Positions 15,001 through 29,039 of a stretch of 64,000 nt of DNA are shown here, piece by piece. Location: contig OZ249436.1 of NCBI GenBank assembly GCA_965235115.1, positions 27,096,001 to 27,160,000 of the forward strand, written 5' to 3'. How positions within the stretch are numbered: position 1 is the first letter of the stretch; every line of letters begins with the position of its first letter. A program made the position numbers and the translations under genes. The notes under the pieces were generated by a model. It searched no databases. It was not told the origin of the DNA and was given only the letters and a program-made list of their open reading frames with translations. This DNA is from Laetmonice hystrix. Taxonomy: Eukaryota.

Positions 15001-18000
15001 TGACTGGCCCTTAAAGTAGACATTACCCCGAACCACTCAGCCAACACCTTCCCCCCTCTTTCCAATCCCAATGATATGGTTGACTGGCCCTCAGATGTTA
15101 CCCCTAACCACTCAGCCAACACCCTTCATGTTCCCAATCCCCATGATATGGCTGACTGGCCCTCACTCATTACCCCGAACCACTCAGCCAACACCCTCCC
15201 TCTACCCAATCCCCATGATATGGCTGACTGGCCCTTAGCCATTACCCCGAACCACTCAGCCAACATCCTCCCTCTTCCCAATCCCCATGATATGGCTGAC
15301 TGGCCCTCAGACATTACCCCGAACCACTCAGCCAACACCCTCCCTCTTCCCAATCCCCATGATATGGCTGACTGGTCCTCAGACATTACCCCGAACCACC
15401 CAGCCAACACCCTCCCTCTTTCCAATCCCCATGATATGGCTGACTGACCCTCAGACATTACCCCGAACCACTCAGCCAACACCCTCCCCTTCCCAATCCC
15501 ATGATATGGCTGACTGGCCCTTAGATATTATCCCAAACCACCCAGCCAACACCCTCCCTCTTCCCAATCCCCATGATATGGCTGACTGTCCCTCAGACAT
15601 TACCCCGAACCACTCAGCCAACACCCTCCCACTTCCCAATCCCCATGATATGACTGACTGACCCTCAGACATTACCCCGAACCACTCAGCCAACACTCTC
15701 CCCCTTCCCAATCCCATGATATGGCTGACTGGCCCTCAGACATTACCCCGAACGACTGAGCCAACACGCTCCCTCTTCCCAATCCCCATGATATGGCTGA
15801 ATGTCCCTCACACATTACCCCGAACCACTCAGCCAACCCCCTCCCTCTTCCCAATCCCCACGATATGGCTGACTGGCCCTTAGACATTACCCGGACCACT
15901 CAGCCAACACCCTCCCTCTTGCCAATCCCCATGATATGGCTGACTGGCCCTTAGACATTACCCCGAACCACTCAGCCAACACCTTCCCCCCTCTTTCCAA
16001 TCCCAATGATATGGTTGACTGGCCCTCAGATGTTACCCCTAACCACTCAGCCAACACCCTTCATGTTCCCAATCCCCATGATATGGCTGACTGACCCTCA
16101 CTCATTACCCCGAACCACTCAGCCAACACCCTCCCTCTACCCAATCCCCATGATAACGCTGACTGGCCCTTAGACATTACCCCGAACCACTCAGCCAACA
16201 CCCTCCCTCTTCCCAATCCCCATGATATGGCTGACTGGCCCTCAGACATTACCCCGAACCACTCAGCCAACACCCTCCCTCTTCCCAATCCCCATGATAT
16301 GGCTGACTGGCCCTCAGACATTACCCCGAACCACCCAGCCAACACCCTCCCACTTTCCAATCCCCATGATATGGCTGACTGACCCTCAGACATTACCCCG
16401 AACCACTCAGCCAACACCCTCCCCTTCCCAATCCCATGATATGGCTGACTGTCCCTCAGACATTACCCCGAACCACTCAGCCAACACCCTCCCTCTTCCC
16501 AATCCCCATGATATGGCTGACTGGCCCTCAGACATTACCCCGAACCACTCAACCAACACCCTCCCTCTTCCCAATCCCCATGATATGGCTGACTGGCCCT
16601 CAGACAATACCCCGAACCACCCAGCCAACACCCTCCCTCTTTCCAATCCCCATGATATGGCTGACTGACCCTCAGACATTACCCCGAACGACTGAGCCAA
16701 CACGCTCCCTCTTCCCAATCCCCATGATATGGCTGAATGTCCCTCACACATTACCCCGAACCACTCAGCCAACCCCCTCCCTCTTCCCAATCCCCACGAT
16801 ATGGCTGACTGGCCCTTAAAGTAGACATTACCCGGACCACTCAGCCAACACCCTCCCTCTTGCCAATCCCCATGATATGGCTGACTGGCCCTTAGACATT
16901 ACCCCGAACCACTCAGCCAACACCTTCCCCCCTCTTTCCAATCCCAATGATATGGTTGACTGGCCCTAAGATGTTACCCCTAACCACTCAGCCAACACCC
17001 TTCATGTTCCCAATCCCCATGATATGGCTGACTGGCCCTCACTCATTACCCCGAACCACTCAGCCAACACCCTCCCTCTACCCAATCCCCATGATATGGC
17101 TGACTGGCCCTTAGCCATTACCCCGAACCACTCAGCCAACATCCTCCCTCTTCCCAATCCCCATGATATGGCTGACTGGCCCTCAGACATTACCCCGAAC
17201 CACTCAGCCAACACCCTCCCTCTTCCCAATCCCCATGATATGGCTGACTGGTCCTCAGACATTACCCCGAACCACCCAGCCAACACCCTCCCTCTTTCCA
17301 ATCCCCATGATATGGCTGACTGACCCTCAGACATTACCCCGAACCACTCAGCCAACACCCTCCCCTTCCCAATCCCATGATATGGCTGACTGGCCCTTAG
17401 ACATTATCCCAAACCACCCAGCCAACACCCTCCCTCTTCCCAATCCCCATGATATGGCTGACTGTCCCTCAGACATTACCCCGAACCACTCTGCCAACAC
17501 CCTCCCACTTCCCAATCCCCATGATATGGCTGACTGACCCTCAGACATTACCCCGAACCACTCAGCCAACACTCTCCCCCTTCCCAATCCCATGATATGG
17601 CTGACTGGCCCTCAGACATTACCCCGAACGACTGAGCCAACACGCTCCCTCTTCCCAATCCCCATGATATGGCTGAATGTCCCTCACACATTACCCCGAA
17701 CCACTCAGCCAACCCCCTCCCTCTTCCCAATCCCCACGATATGGCTGACTGGCCCTTAGACATTACCCGGACCACTCAGCCAACACCCTCCCTCTTGCCA
17801 ATCCCCATGATATGGCTGACTGGCCCTTAGACATTACCCCGAACCACTCAGCCAACACCTTCCCCCCTCTTTCCAATCCCAATGATATGGTTGACTGGCC
17901 CTCAGATGTTACCCCTAACCACTCAGCCAACACCCTTCATGTTCCCAATCCCCATGATATGGCTGACTGACCCTCACTCATTACCCCGAACCACTCAGCC

Positions 18001-19290
18001 AACACCCTCCCTCTACCCAATCCCCATGATAACGCTGACTGGCCCTTAGACATTACCCCGAACCACTCAGCCAACACCCTCCCTCTTCCCAATCCCCATG
18101 ATATGGCTGACTGGCCCTCAGACATTACCCCGAACCACTCAGCCAACACCCTCCCTCTTCCCAATCCCCATGATATGGCTGACTGGCCCTCAGACATTAC
18201 CCCGAACCACCCAGCCAACACCCTCCCTCTTTCCAATCCCCATGATATGGCTGACTGACCCTCAGACATTACCCCGAACCACTCAGCCAACACCCTCCCC
18301 TTCCCAATCCCATGATATGGCTGACTGTCCCTCAGACATTACCCCGAACCACTCAGCCAACACCCTCCCTCTTCCCAATCCCCATGATATGGCTGACTGG
18401 CCCTCAGACATTACCCCGAACCACTCAACCAACACCCTCCCTCTTCCCAATCCCCATGATATGGCTGACTGGCCCTCAGACAATACCCCGAACCACCCAG
18501 CCAACACCCTCCCTCTTTCCAATCCCCATGATATGGCTGACTGACCCTCAGACATTACCCCGAACCACTCAGCCAACACTCTCCCCCTTCCCAATCCCAT
18601 GATATGACTGACTGGCCCTCAGACATTACCCCGAACGACTGAGCCAACACGCTCCCTCTTCCCAATCCCCATGATATGGCTGAATGTCCCTCACACATTA
18701 CCCCGAACCACTCAGCCAACCCCCTCCCTCTTCCCAATCCCCACGATATGGCTGACTGGCCCTTAGACATTACCCGGACCACTCAGCCAACACCCTCCCT
18801 CTTGCCAATCCCCATGATATGGCTGACTGGCCCTTAGACATTACCCCGAACCACTCAGCCAACACCCTCCCTCTTCCCAATCCCCATGATATGGCTGACT
18901 GGCCCTCAGACATTACCCCGAACCACCCAGCCAACACCCTCCCTCTTTCCAATCCCCATGATATGGCTGACTGACCCTCAGACATTACCCCGAACCACTC
19001 AGCCAACACCCTCCCCTTCCCAATCCCATGATATGGCTGACTGTCCCTCAGACATTACCCCGAACCACTCAGCCAACACCCTCCCTCTTCCCAATCCCCA
19101 TGATATGGCTGACTGGCCCTCAGACATTACCCCGAACCACTCAACCAACACCCTCGCTCTTCCCAATCCCCATGATATGGCTGACTGGCCCTTAGACATT
19201 ACCCCGAACCACTCAGCCAACACCTTCCCCTCTTCCTAATCCCCATGATACGGCTGTCTGGCCCTAAGACATTCCCTCAAACCACTCAAC

Positions 19291-19912
19291 TAAATTCATC
19301 ATTGTTGATTTTTACTATAGTCATTCAGTTACAACAAGACAAGAATTATATGTGTGCAGGGGTGGCGTCGTGACACAGTGCAGATATTTCATCTGAAGGG
19401 TCAACTCCCACAAACTTTTTTTCATTGTTTTCTTCTGTGATTTTTTGGGTATTTTTCCCCTTTTCTTCTATACTACCACCTCCAACCACCCAGAGTGACG
19501 CTCCAGTACAGCGAAATTAAATTAACCTTGATATAAACACCCAGCAGACATATTTCAGTACTGCGACATCCATTACCCACAAACTTTTGTTTCATTTTTT
19601 TCTCTTTTGATTTTTTGGGGCTATTTTTCGTTTTTCTTCTATACTACCACCTCCAACCAATCCTATATCCCCCTTCCCAATCCCTGACATGACTGATTGG
19701 TCTTCAGACATTCCCTCCAAACACTTAGCCGACATCTCATCCCCTTCCCAATCCACATGCTGTGGCTGTCTGGCCCTCAGACATTACCTCTAACCACACA
19801 ACCAACACCTTCCCCACACTCACTCCCACAGGGTGATGAAACGAATGGGGCCTATTGTGACCCGGGCCCCACGGGGAATGACAATGATCATAAATGATGA
19901 TAAGATGACTCG
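19291..19912. repeat. ~620-bp array interruption, copy 1 (AT-rich part, ~170-bp internal duplication, degenerate monomers, GC hairpin)
   Basis: Non-monomer sequence TAAATTCATC...GATGACTCG; recurs nearly identically at offsets +9127, +22290, +27365 and, more diverged, at +28986. Confidence 0.95.
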
Positions 19913-22900
19913 AATTCCCAACCCCTATAATATGGCTAACTGGCCGTGTGACGTTAACCCTAACCACTCAGCCAACACCTTCCCCCCTCTTTCCAATCCC
20001 AATGATATGGTTGACTGGCCCTCAGATGTTACCCCTAACCACTCAGCCAACACCCTTCATGTTCCCAATCCCCATGATATGGCTGACTGGCCCTCACTCA
20101 TTACCCCGAACCACTCAGCCAACACCCTCCCTCTTCCCAATCCCCATGATATGGCTGACTGGCCCTTAGACATTACCCCGAACCACTCAGCCAACACCCT
20201 CCCTCTTCCCAATCCCCATGATATGGCTGACTGGCCCTCACTCATTACCCCGAACCACTCAGCCAACACCCTCCCTCTACCCAATCCCCATGATATGGCT
20301 GACTGGCCCTTAGCCATTACCCCGAACCACTCAGCCAACATCCTCCCTCTTCCCAATCCCCATGATATGGCTGACTGGCCCTCAGACATTACCCCGAACC
20401 ACTCAGCCAACACCCTCCCTCTTCCCAATCCCCATGATATGGCTGACTGGTCCTCAGACATTACCCCGAACCACCCAGCCAACACCCTCCCTCTTTCCAA
20501 TCCCCATGATATGGCTGACTGACCCTCAGACATTACCCCGAACCACTCAGCCAACACCCTCCCCTTCCCAATCCCATGATATGGCTGACTGGCCCTTAGA
20601 CATTATCCCAAACCACCCAGCCAACACCCTCCCTCTTCCCAATCCCCATGATATGGCTGACTGTCCCTCAGACATTACCCCGAACCACTCAGCCAACACC
20701 CTCCCACTTCCCAATCCCCATGATATGGCTGACTGACCCTCAGACATTACCCCGAACCACTCAGCCAACACTCTCCCCCTTCCCAATCCCATGATATGGC
20801 TGACTGGCCCTCAGACATTACCCCGAACGACTGAGCCAACACGCTCCCTCTTCCCAATCCCCATGATATGGCTGAATGTCCCTCACACATTACCCCGAAC
20901 CACTCAGCCAACCCCCTCCCTCTTCCCAATCCCCACGATATGGCTGACTGGCCCTTAGACATTACCCGGACCACTCAGCCAACACCCTCCCTCTTGCCAA
21001 TCCCCATGATATGCCTGACTGGCCCTTAGACATTACCCCGAACCACTCAGCCAACACCTTCCCCCCTCTTTCCAATCCCAATGATATGGTTGACTGGCCC
21101 TCAGATGTTACCCCTAACCACTCAGCCAACACCCTTCATGTTCCCAATCCCCATGATATGGCTGACTGACCCTCACTCATTACCCCGAACCACTCAGCCA
21201 ACACCCTCCCTCTACCCAATCCCCATGATAACGCTGACTGGCCCTTAGACATTACCCCGAACCACTCAGCCAACACCCTCCCTCTTCCCAATCCCCATGA
21301 TATGGCTGACTGGCCCTCAGACATTACCCCGAACCACTCAGCCAACACCCTCCCTCTTCCCAATCCCCATGATATGGCTGACTGGCCCTCAGACATTACC
21401 CCGAACCACCCAGCCAACACCCTCCCACTTTCCAATCCCCATGATATGGCTGACTGACCCTCAGACATTACCCCGAACCACTCAGCCAACACCCTCCCCT
21501 TCCCAATCCCATGATATGGCTGACTGTCCCTCAGACATTACCCCGAACCACTCAGCCAACACCCTCCCTCTTCCCAATCCCCATGATATGGCTGACTGGC
21601 CCTCAGACATTACCCCGAACCACTCAACCAACACCCTCCCTCTTCCCAATCCCCATGATATGGCTGACTGGCCCTCAGACAATACCCCGAACCACCCAGC
21701 CAACACCCTCCCTCTTTCCAATCCCCATGATATGGCTGACTGACCCTCAGACATTACCCCGAACGACTGAGCCAACACGCTCCCTCTTCCCAATCCCCAT
21801 GATATGGCTGAATGTCCCTCACACATTACCCCGAACCACTCAGCCAACCCCCTCCCTCTTCCCAATCCCCACGATATGGCTGACTGGCCCTTAAAGTAGA
21901 CATTACCCGGACCACTCAGCCAACACCCTCCCTCTTGCCAATCCCCATGATATGGCTGACTGGCCCTTAGACATTACCCCGAACCACTCAGCCAACACCT
22001 TCCCCCCTCTTTCCAATCCCAATGATATGGTTGACTGGCCCTCAGATGTTACCCCTAACCACTCAGCCAACACCCTTCATGTTCCCAATCCCCATGATAT
22101 GGCTGACTGGCCCTCACTCATTACCCCGAACCACTCAGCCAACACCCTCCCTCTACCCAATCCCCATGATATGGCTGACTGGCCCTTAGCCATTACCCCG
22201 AACCACTCAGCCAACATCCTCCCTCTTCCCAATCCCCATGATATGGCTGACTGGCCCTCAGACATTACCCCGAACCACTCAGCCAACACCCTCCCTCTTC
22301 CCAATCCCCATGATATGGCTGACTGGTCCTCAGACATTACCCCGAACCACCCAGCCAACACCCTCCCTCTTTCCAATCCCCATGATATGGCTGACTGACC
22401 CTCAGACATTACCCCGAACCACTCAGCCAACACCCTCCCCTTCCCAATCCCATGATATGGCTGACTGGCCCTTAGACATTATCCCAAACCACCCAGCCAA
22501 CACCCTCCCTCTTCCCAATCCCCATGATATGGCTGACTGTCCCTCAGACATTACCCCGAACCACTCTGCCAACACCCTCCCACTTCCCAATCCCCATGAT
22601 ATGGCTGACTGACCCTCAGACATTACCCCGAACCACTCAGCCAACACTCTCCCCCTTCCCAATCCCATGATATGGCTGACTGGCCCTCAGACATTACCCC
22701 GAACGACTGAGCCAACACGCTCCCTCTTCCCAATCCCCATGATATGGCTGAATGTCCCTCACACATTACCCCGAACCACTCAGCCAACCCCCTCCCTCTT
22801 CCCAATCCCCACGATATGGCTGACTGGCCCTTAGACATTACCCGGACCACTCAGCCAACACCCTCCCTCTTGCCAATCCCCATGATATGGCTGACTGGCC

Positions 22901-25900
22901 CTTAGACATTACCCCGAACCACTCAGCCAACACCTTCCCCCCTCTTTCCAATCCCAATGATATGGTTGACTGGCCCTCAGATGTTACCCCTAACCACTCA
23001 GCCAACACCCTTCATGTTCCCAATCCCCATGATATGGCTGACTGACCCTCACTCATTACCCCGAACCACTCAGCCAACACCCTCCCTCTACCCAATCCCC
23101 ATGATAACGCTGACTGGCCCTTAGACATTACCCCGAACCACTCAGCCAACACCCTCCCTCTTCCCAATCCCCATGATATGGCTGACTGGCCCTCAGACAT
23201 TACCCCGAACCACTCAGCCAACACCCTCCCTCTTCCCAATCCCCATGATATGGCTGACTGGCCCTCAGACATTACCCCGAACCACCCAGCCAACACCCTC
23301 CCTCTTTCCAATCCCCATGATATGGCTGACTGACCCTCAGACATTACCCCGAACCACTCAGCCAACACCCTCCCTCTTCCCAATCCCCATGATATGGCTG
23401 ACTTGCCCTCAGACATTACCCCGAACCACTCAGCCAACACCCTCCCTCTTTCTAATCCCCATGATATGGCTGACTGGCCTTCAGACATTACCCCGAACCA
23501 CTCAGCCAACACCCCCCCCCCTTCCCAATCCCCATGATATGGCTGACTGGCCCTGAGACATTACCCCGAACCACCCAGCCAACCCCCTCCCTCTTCCCAA
23601 TCCCCATGATATGGCTGACTGGCGCTTAGTCATTAACCCGAACCACTCAGCCAACACCTTCATCCCTTCACAATCTCCATGATATGGCCGACTGGCCCTT
23701 AGACATTACCCCGAACCACTCAGCCAACACCCTCCCTCTTGCCAATCCCCATGATATGGCTGACTGGCCCTTAGACATTACCCCGAACCACTCAGCCAAC
23801 ACATTCCCCCCTCTTCCCAATCCCCATGATATGGCTGACTGGCCCTTAGACATTACCCCGAACCACTCAGCCAACACCCTCCCCCTTCCCAATCCCCATG
23901 ATATGGCTGACTGGCCCTTAGACATTACCCCGAACCACTCAGCCAACACCCTCTCTCTTCCCAATCCCCATGATATGGCTGACTGGCCCTTAGACATTAC
24001 CCCGAACCACTCAGCCAACACATTCCCCCCTCTTCCCAATCCCCATGATATGGCTGACTGGCCCTTAGACATTACCCCGAACCACTCAGCCAACACCCTC
24101 CCTCTTCCCAATCCCCATGATATGGCTGACTGGCCCTTAGACATTACCCCGAACCACTCAGCCAACACCTTCCCCCCTCTTTCCAATCCCAATGATATGG
24201 TTGACTGGCCCTCAGACATTACCCCGAACCACTCAGTCAACACCCTCCCCCTTCCCAATCCCCATGATATGGCTGACTGGCCCTTAGACATTACCCCGAA
24301 CCACGCAGCCAACACCCTCCCTCTTCCCAATCCCCATGATATGGCTGACTGTCCCTCAGACATTACCCCGAAGCACTCAGCCAACACCCTCCCTCTTCCC
24401 AATCCCCATGATATGGCTGACTGGCCCTCAGACATTACCCCGAACCACTCAGCCAACAGCCTCCCCCTTCCCAATCCCCATGATATGGCTGACTGGCCCT
24501 TAGACATTACCCCGAACCACTCAGCCAACCCCCTCCCTCTTCCCAATCCCCACGATATGGCTGACTGGCCCTTAGACATTACCCGGACCACTCAGCCAAC
24601 ACCCTCCCTCTTGCCAAACCCCATGATATGGCTGACTGGCCCTTAGACATTATCCCAAAGCACCCAGCCAACACCCTCCCCCGTCCCAATCCCCATGATA
24701 TGGCTGACTGGTCCTCAGACAACACCCTCCCTCTTCCCAATCCCCATGATATGGCTGACTGGCCCTCAGACATTACCCCGAACCACTCAGCCAACACCCT
24801 CCCTCTTCCCAATCCCCATGATATGGCTGACTGGCCCTCAGACATTACCCCGAACCACTCAGCCAACACCCTCCCTCTTCCCAATCCCCATGATATGGCT
24901 GACTGGCCCTTAGACATTACCCCGAACCACTCAGCCAACACCCTCTCTCTTTCCAATCCCCATGATATGGCTGACTGGCCCTTAGACATTACCCCGAACC
25001 ACTCAGCCAACACCCTCTCTCTTCCCAATCCCCATGATATGGCTGACTGGCCCTTAGACATTACCCCGAACCACTCAGCCAACACCCTCCCACTTCCCAA
25101 TCCCCATGATATGGCTGACCGGCCCTTAGACATTACCCCGAAACACTCAGCCAACACCTTCATCCCTTCACAATCTCCATGATATGGCCGACTGGCCCTT
25201 AGACATTACCCCGAACCACTCAGCCAACACCCTCCCTCTTGCCAATCCCCATGATATGGCTGACTGGCCCTTAGACATTACCCCGAACCACTCAGCCAAC
25301 ACATTCCCCCCTCTTCCCAATCCCCATGATATGGCTGACTGGCCCTTAGACATTACCCCGAACCACTCAGCCAACACCCTCCCCCTTCCCAATCCCCATG
25401 ATATGGCTGACTGGCCCTTAGACATTACCCCGAACCACTCAGCCAACACCCTCTCTCTTCCCAATCCCCATGATATGGCTGACTGGCCCTTAGACATTAC
25501 CCCGAACCACTCAGCCAACACCCTCCCTCTTCCCAATCCCCATGATATGGCTGACTGGCCCTCAGACATTACCCCGAACCACTCAGCCAACACCCTCTCT
25601 CTTTCCAATCCCCATGATATGGCTGACTGGCCCTTAGACATTACCCCGAACCACTCAGCCAACACCCTCTCTCTTCCCAATCCCCATGATATGGCTGACT
25701 GGCCCTTAGACATTACCCGGAACCACTCAGCCAACACCCTCCCACTTCCCAATCCCCATGATATGGCTGACCGGCCCTTAGACATTACCCCGAAACACTC
25801 AGCCAACACCTTCATCCCTTCACAATCTCCATGATATGGCCGACTGGCCCTTAGACATTACCCCGAACCACTCAGCCAACACCCTCCCTCTTGCCAATCC

Positions 25901-28417
25901 CCATGATATGGCTGACTGGCCCTTAGACATTACCCCGAACCACTCAGCCAACACATTCCCCCCTCTTCCCAATCCCCATGATATGGCTGACTGGCCCTTA
26001 GACATTACCCCGAACCACTCAGCCAACACCCTCCCCCTTCCCAATCCCCATGATATGGCTGACTGGCCCTTAGACATTACCCCGAACCACTCAGCCAACA
26101 CCCTCTCTCTTCCCAATCCCCATGATATGGCTGACTGGCCCTTAGACATTACCCCGAACCACTCAGCCAACACATTCCCCCCTCTTCCCAATCCCCATGA
26201 TATGGCTGACTGGCCCTTAGACATTACCCCGAACCACTCAGCCAACACCCTCCCTCTTCCCAATCCCCATGATATGGCTGACTGGCCCTTAGACATTACC
26301 CCGAACCACTCAGCCAACACCTTCCCCCCTCTTTCCAATCCCAATGATATGGTTGACTGGCCCTCAGACATTACCCCGAACCACTCAGTCAACACCCTCC
26401 CCCTTCCCAATCCCCATGATATGGCTGACTGGCCCTTAGACATTACCCCGAACCACGCAGCCAACACCCTCCCTCTTCCCAATCCCCATGATATGGCTGA
26501 CTGTCCCTCAGACATTACCCCGAAGCACTCAGCCAACACCCTCCCTCTTCCCAATCCCCATGATATGGCTGACTGGCCCTCAGACATTACCCCGAACCAC
26601 TCAGCCAACAGCCTCCCCCTTCCCAATCCCCATGATATGGCTGACTGGCCCTTAGACATTACCCCGAACCACTCAGCCAACCCCCTCCCTCTTCCCAATC
26701 CCCACGATATGGCTGACTGGCCCTTAGACATTACCCGGACCACTCAGCCAACACCCTCCCTCTTGCCAATCCCCATGATATGGCTGACTGGCCCTTAGAC
26801 ATTACCCCGAACCACTCAGCCAACACCTTCCCCCCTTTTTCCAATCCCAATGATATGGTTGACAGGCCCTGAGATGTTACCCCTAACCACTCAGCCAACA
26901 TCCTCCCTCTTCCCAATCCCCATGATATGGCTGACTGGCCCTCAGTCATTACCCCGAACCACTCAGCCAACACCCTCCCTCTTCCCAATCCCCATGATAT
27001 GGCTGACTGGCCCTTAGACATTACACCGAACCACTCAGCCAACACCCTCCCTCTACGCAATCCCCATGAAATGGCTGACTGGCCCTTAGACATTACCCCG
27101 AACCACCCAACCAACACCCTCCCTCTTCCCAATCCCCATGATATGGCTGACTGGCCCTTAGACATTACCCCGAACCACTCAGCCAACACCCTCCCTCTTC
27201 CCAATCCCCATGATATGGCTGACTGGCGCTTAGTCATTACCCCGAACCACTCAGCCAACACCCTCCCACTTTCCAATCCGCATGATATGGCTGACTGGCC
27301 CTTAGTCATTACCCCGAACCACTCAGCCAACACCCTCCCTCTTTCCAATCCCTATGATATGGCTGACTGGCCCTTAGACATTACCCCGAACCACTCAGCC
27401 AACACCCTCCCACTTCCCAATCCCCATGATATGGCTGACTGGCCCTTAGACATTACCTCGAACCACTGAGCCAACACGCTCCCTCTTCCCAATCCCAATC
27501 ATATGGCTGAATGTCCATCACACATTACCCCAAACCACTCAGCCAACACCCTCCCACTTCCCAATCCCCATGATATGGCTGACTGGCCCTTAGACATTAC
27601 CCGGACCACTCAGCCAACACCCTCCCTCTTCCCAATCCCCATGATATGGCTGACTGGCCCTTAGACATTACCCCGAACCACTCAGCCAACACCCTCCCTC
27701 TTCCCAATCCCCATGATATGGCTGACTTGCCCTCAGACATTACCCCGAACCACTCAGCCAACACCCTCCCTCTTTCTAATCCCCATGATATGGCTGACTG
27801 GCCTTCAGACATTACCCCGAACCACTCAGCCAACACCCCCCCCCCCCTTCCCAATCCCCATGATATGGCTGACTGGCCCTGAGACATTACCCCGAACCAC
27901 CCAGCCAACCCCCTCCCTCTTCCCAATCCCCATGATATGGCTGACTGGCGCTTAGTCATTAACCCGAACCACTCAGCCAACCCCCTCCCTCTTCCCAATC
28001 CCCACGATATGGCTGACTGGCCCTTAAAGTAGACATTACCCGGACCACTCAGCCAACACCCTCCCTCTTGCCAATCCCCATGATATGGCTGACTGGCCCT
28101 TAGACATTACCCCGAACCACTCAGCCAACACCTTCCCCCCTCTTTCCAATCCCAATGATATGGTTGACTGGCCCTCAGATGTTACCCCTAACCACTCAGC
28201 CAACACCCTTCATGTTCCCAATCCCCATGATATGGCTGACTGGCCCTCACTCATTACCCCGAACCACTCAGCCAACACGCTCCCTCTTCCCAATCCCCAT
28301 GATATGGCTGACTGGCCCTTAGACATTACCCCGAACCACTCAGCCAACACCTTCCCCTCTTCCTAATCCCCATGATACGGCTGTCTGGCCCTAAGACATT
28401 CCCTCAAACCACTCAAC

Positions 28418-29039
28418 TAAATTCATCATTGTTGATTTTTACTATAGTCATTCAGTTACAACAAGACAAGAATTATATGTGTGCAGGGGTGGCGTCGTGA
28501 CACAGTGCAGATATTTCATCTGAAGGGTCAACTCCCACAAACTTTTTTTCATTGTTTTCTTCTGTGATTTTTTGGGTATTTTTCCCCTTTTCTTCTATAC
28601 TACCACCTCCAACCACCCAGAGTGACGCTCCAGTACAGCGAAATTAAATTAACCTTGATATAAACACCCAGCAGACATATTTCAGTACTGCGACATCCAT
28701 TACCCACAAACTTTTGTTTCATTTTTTTCTCTTTTGATTTTTTGGGGCTATTTTTCGTTTTTCTTCTATACTACCACCTCCAACCAATCCTATATCCCCC
28801 TTCCCAATCCCTGACATGACTGATTGGTCTTCAGACATTCCCTCCAAACACTTAGCCGACATCTCATCCCCTTCCCAATCCACATGCTGTGGCTGTCTGG
28901 CCCTCAGACATTACCTCTAACCACACAACCAACACCTTCCCCACACTCACTCCCACAGGGTGATGAAACGAATGGGGCCTATTGTGACCCGGGCCCCACG
29001 GGGAATGACAATGATCATAAATGATGATAAGATGACTCG
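28418..29039. repeat. Array interruption, copy 2
   Basis: Essentially identical to 19291-19912; the ORF-track peptides are identical at offset 9127. Confidence 0.95.

Noticed and set aside
19828..19890. Hammerhead ribozyme / retrozyme in the monomer or interruption (TGATGA...GAAA)
   Set aside because: The core reads GTGATGAAAC rather than CTGATGA-stem II-GAAA, and no supporting helices were found by eye.
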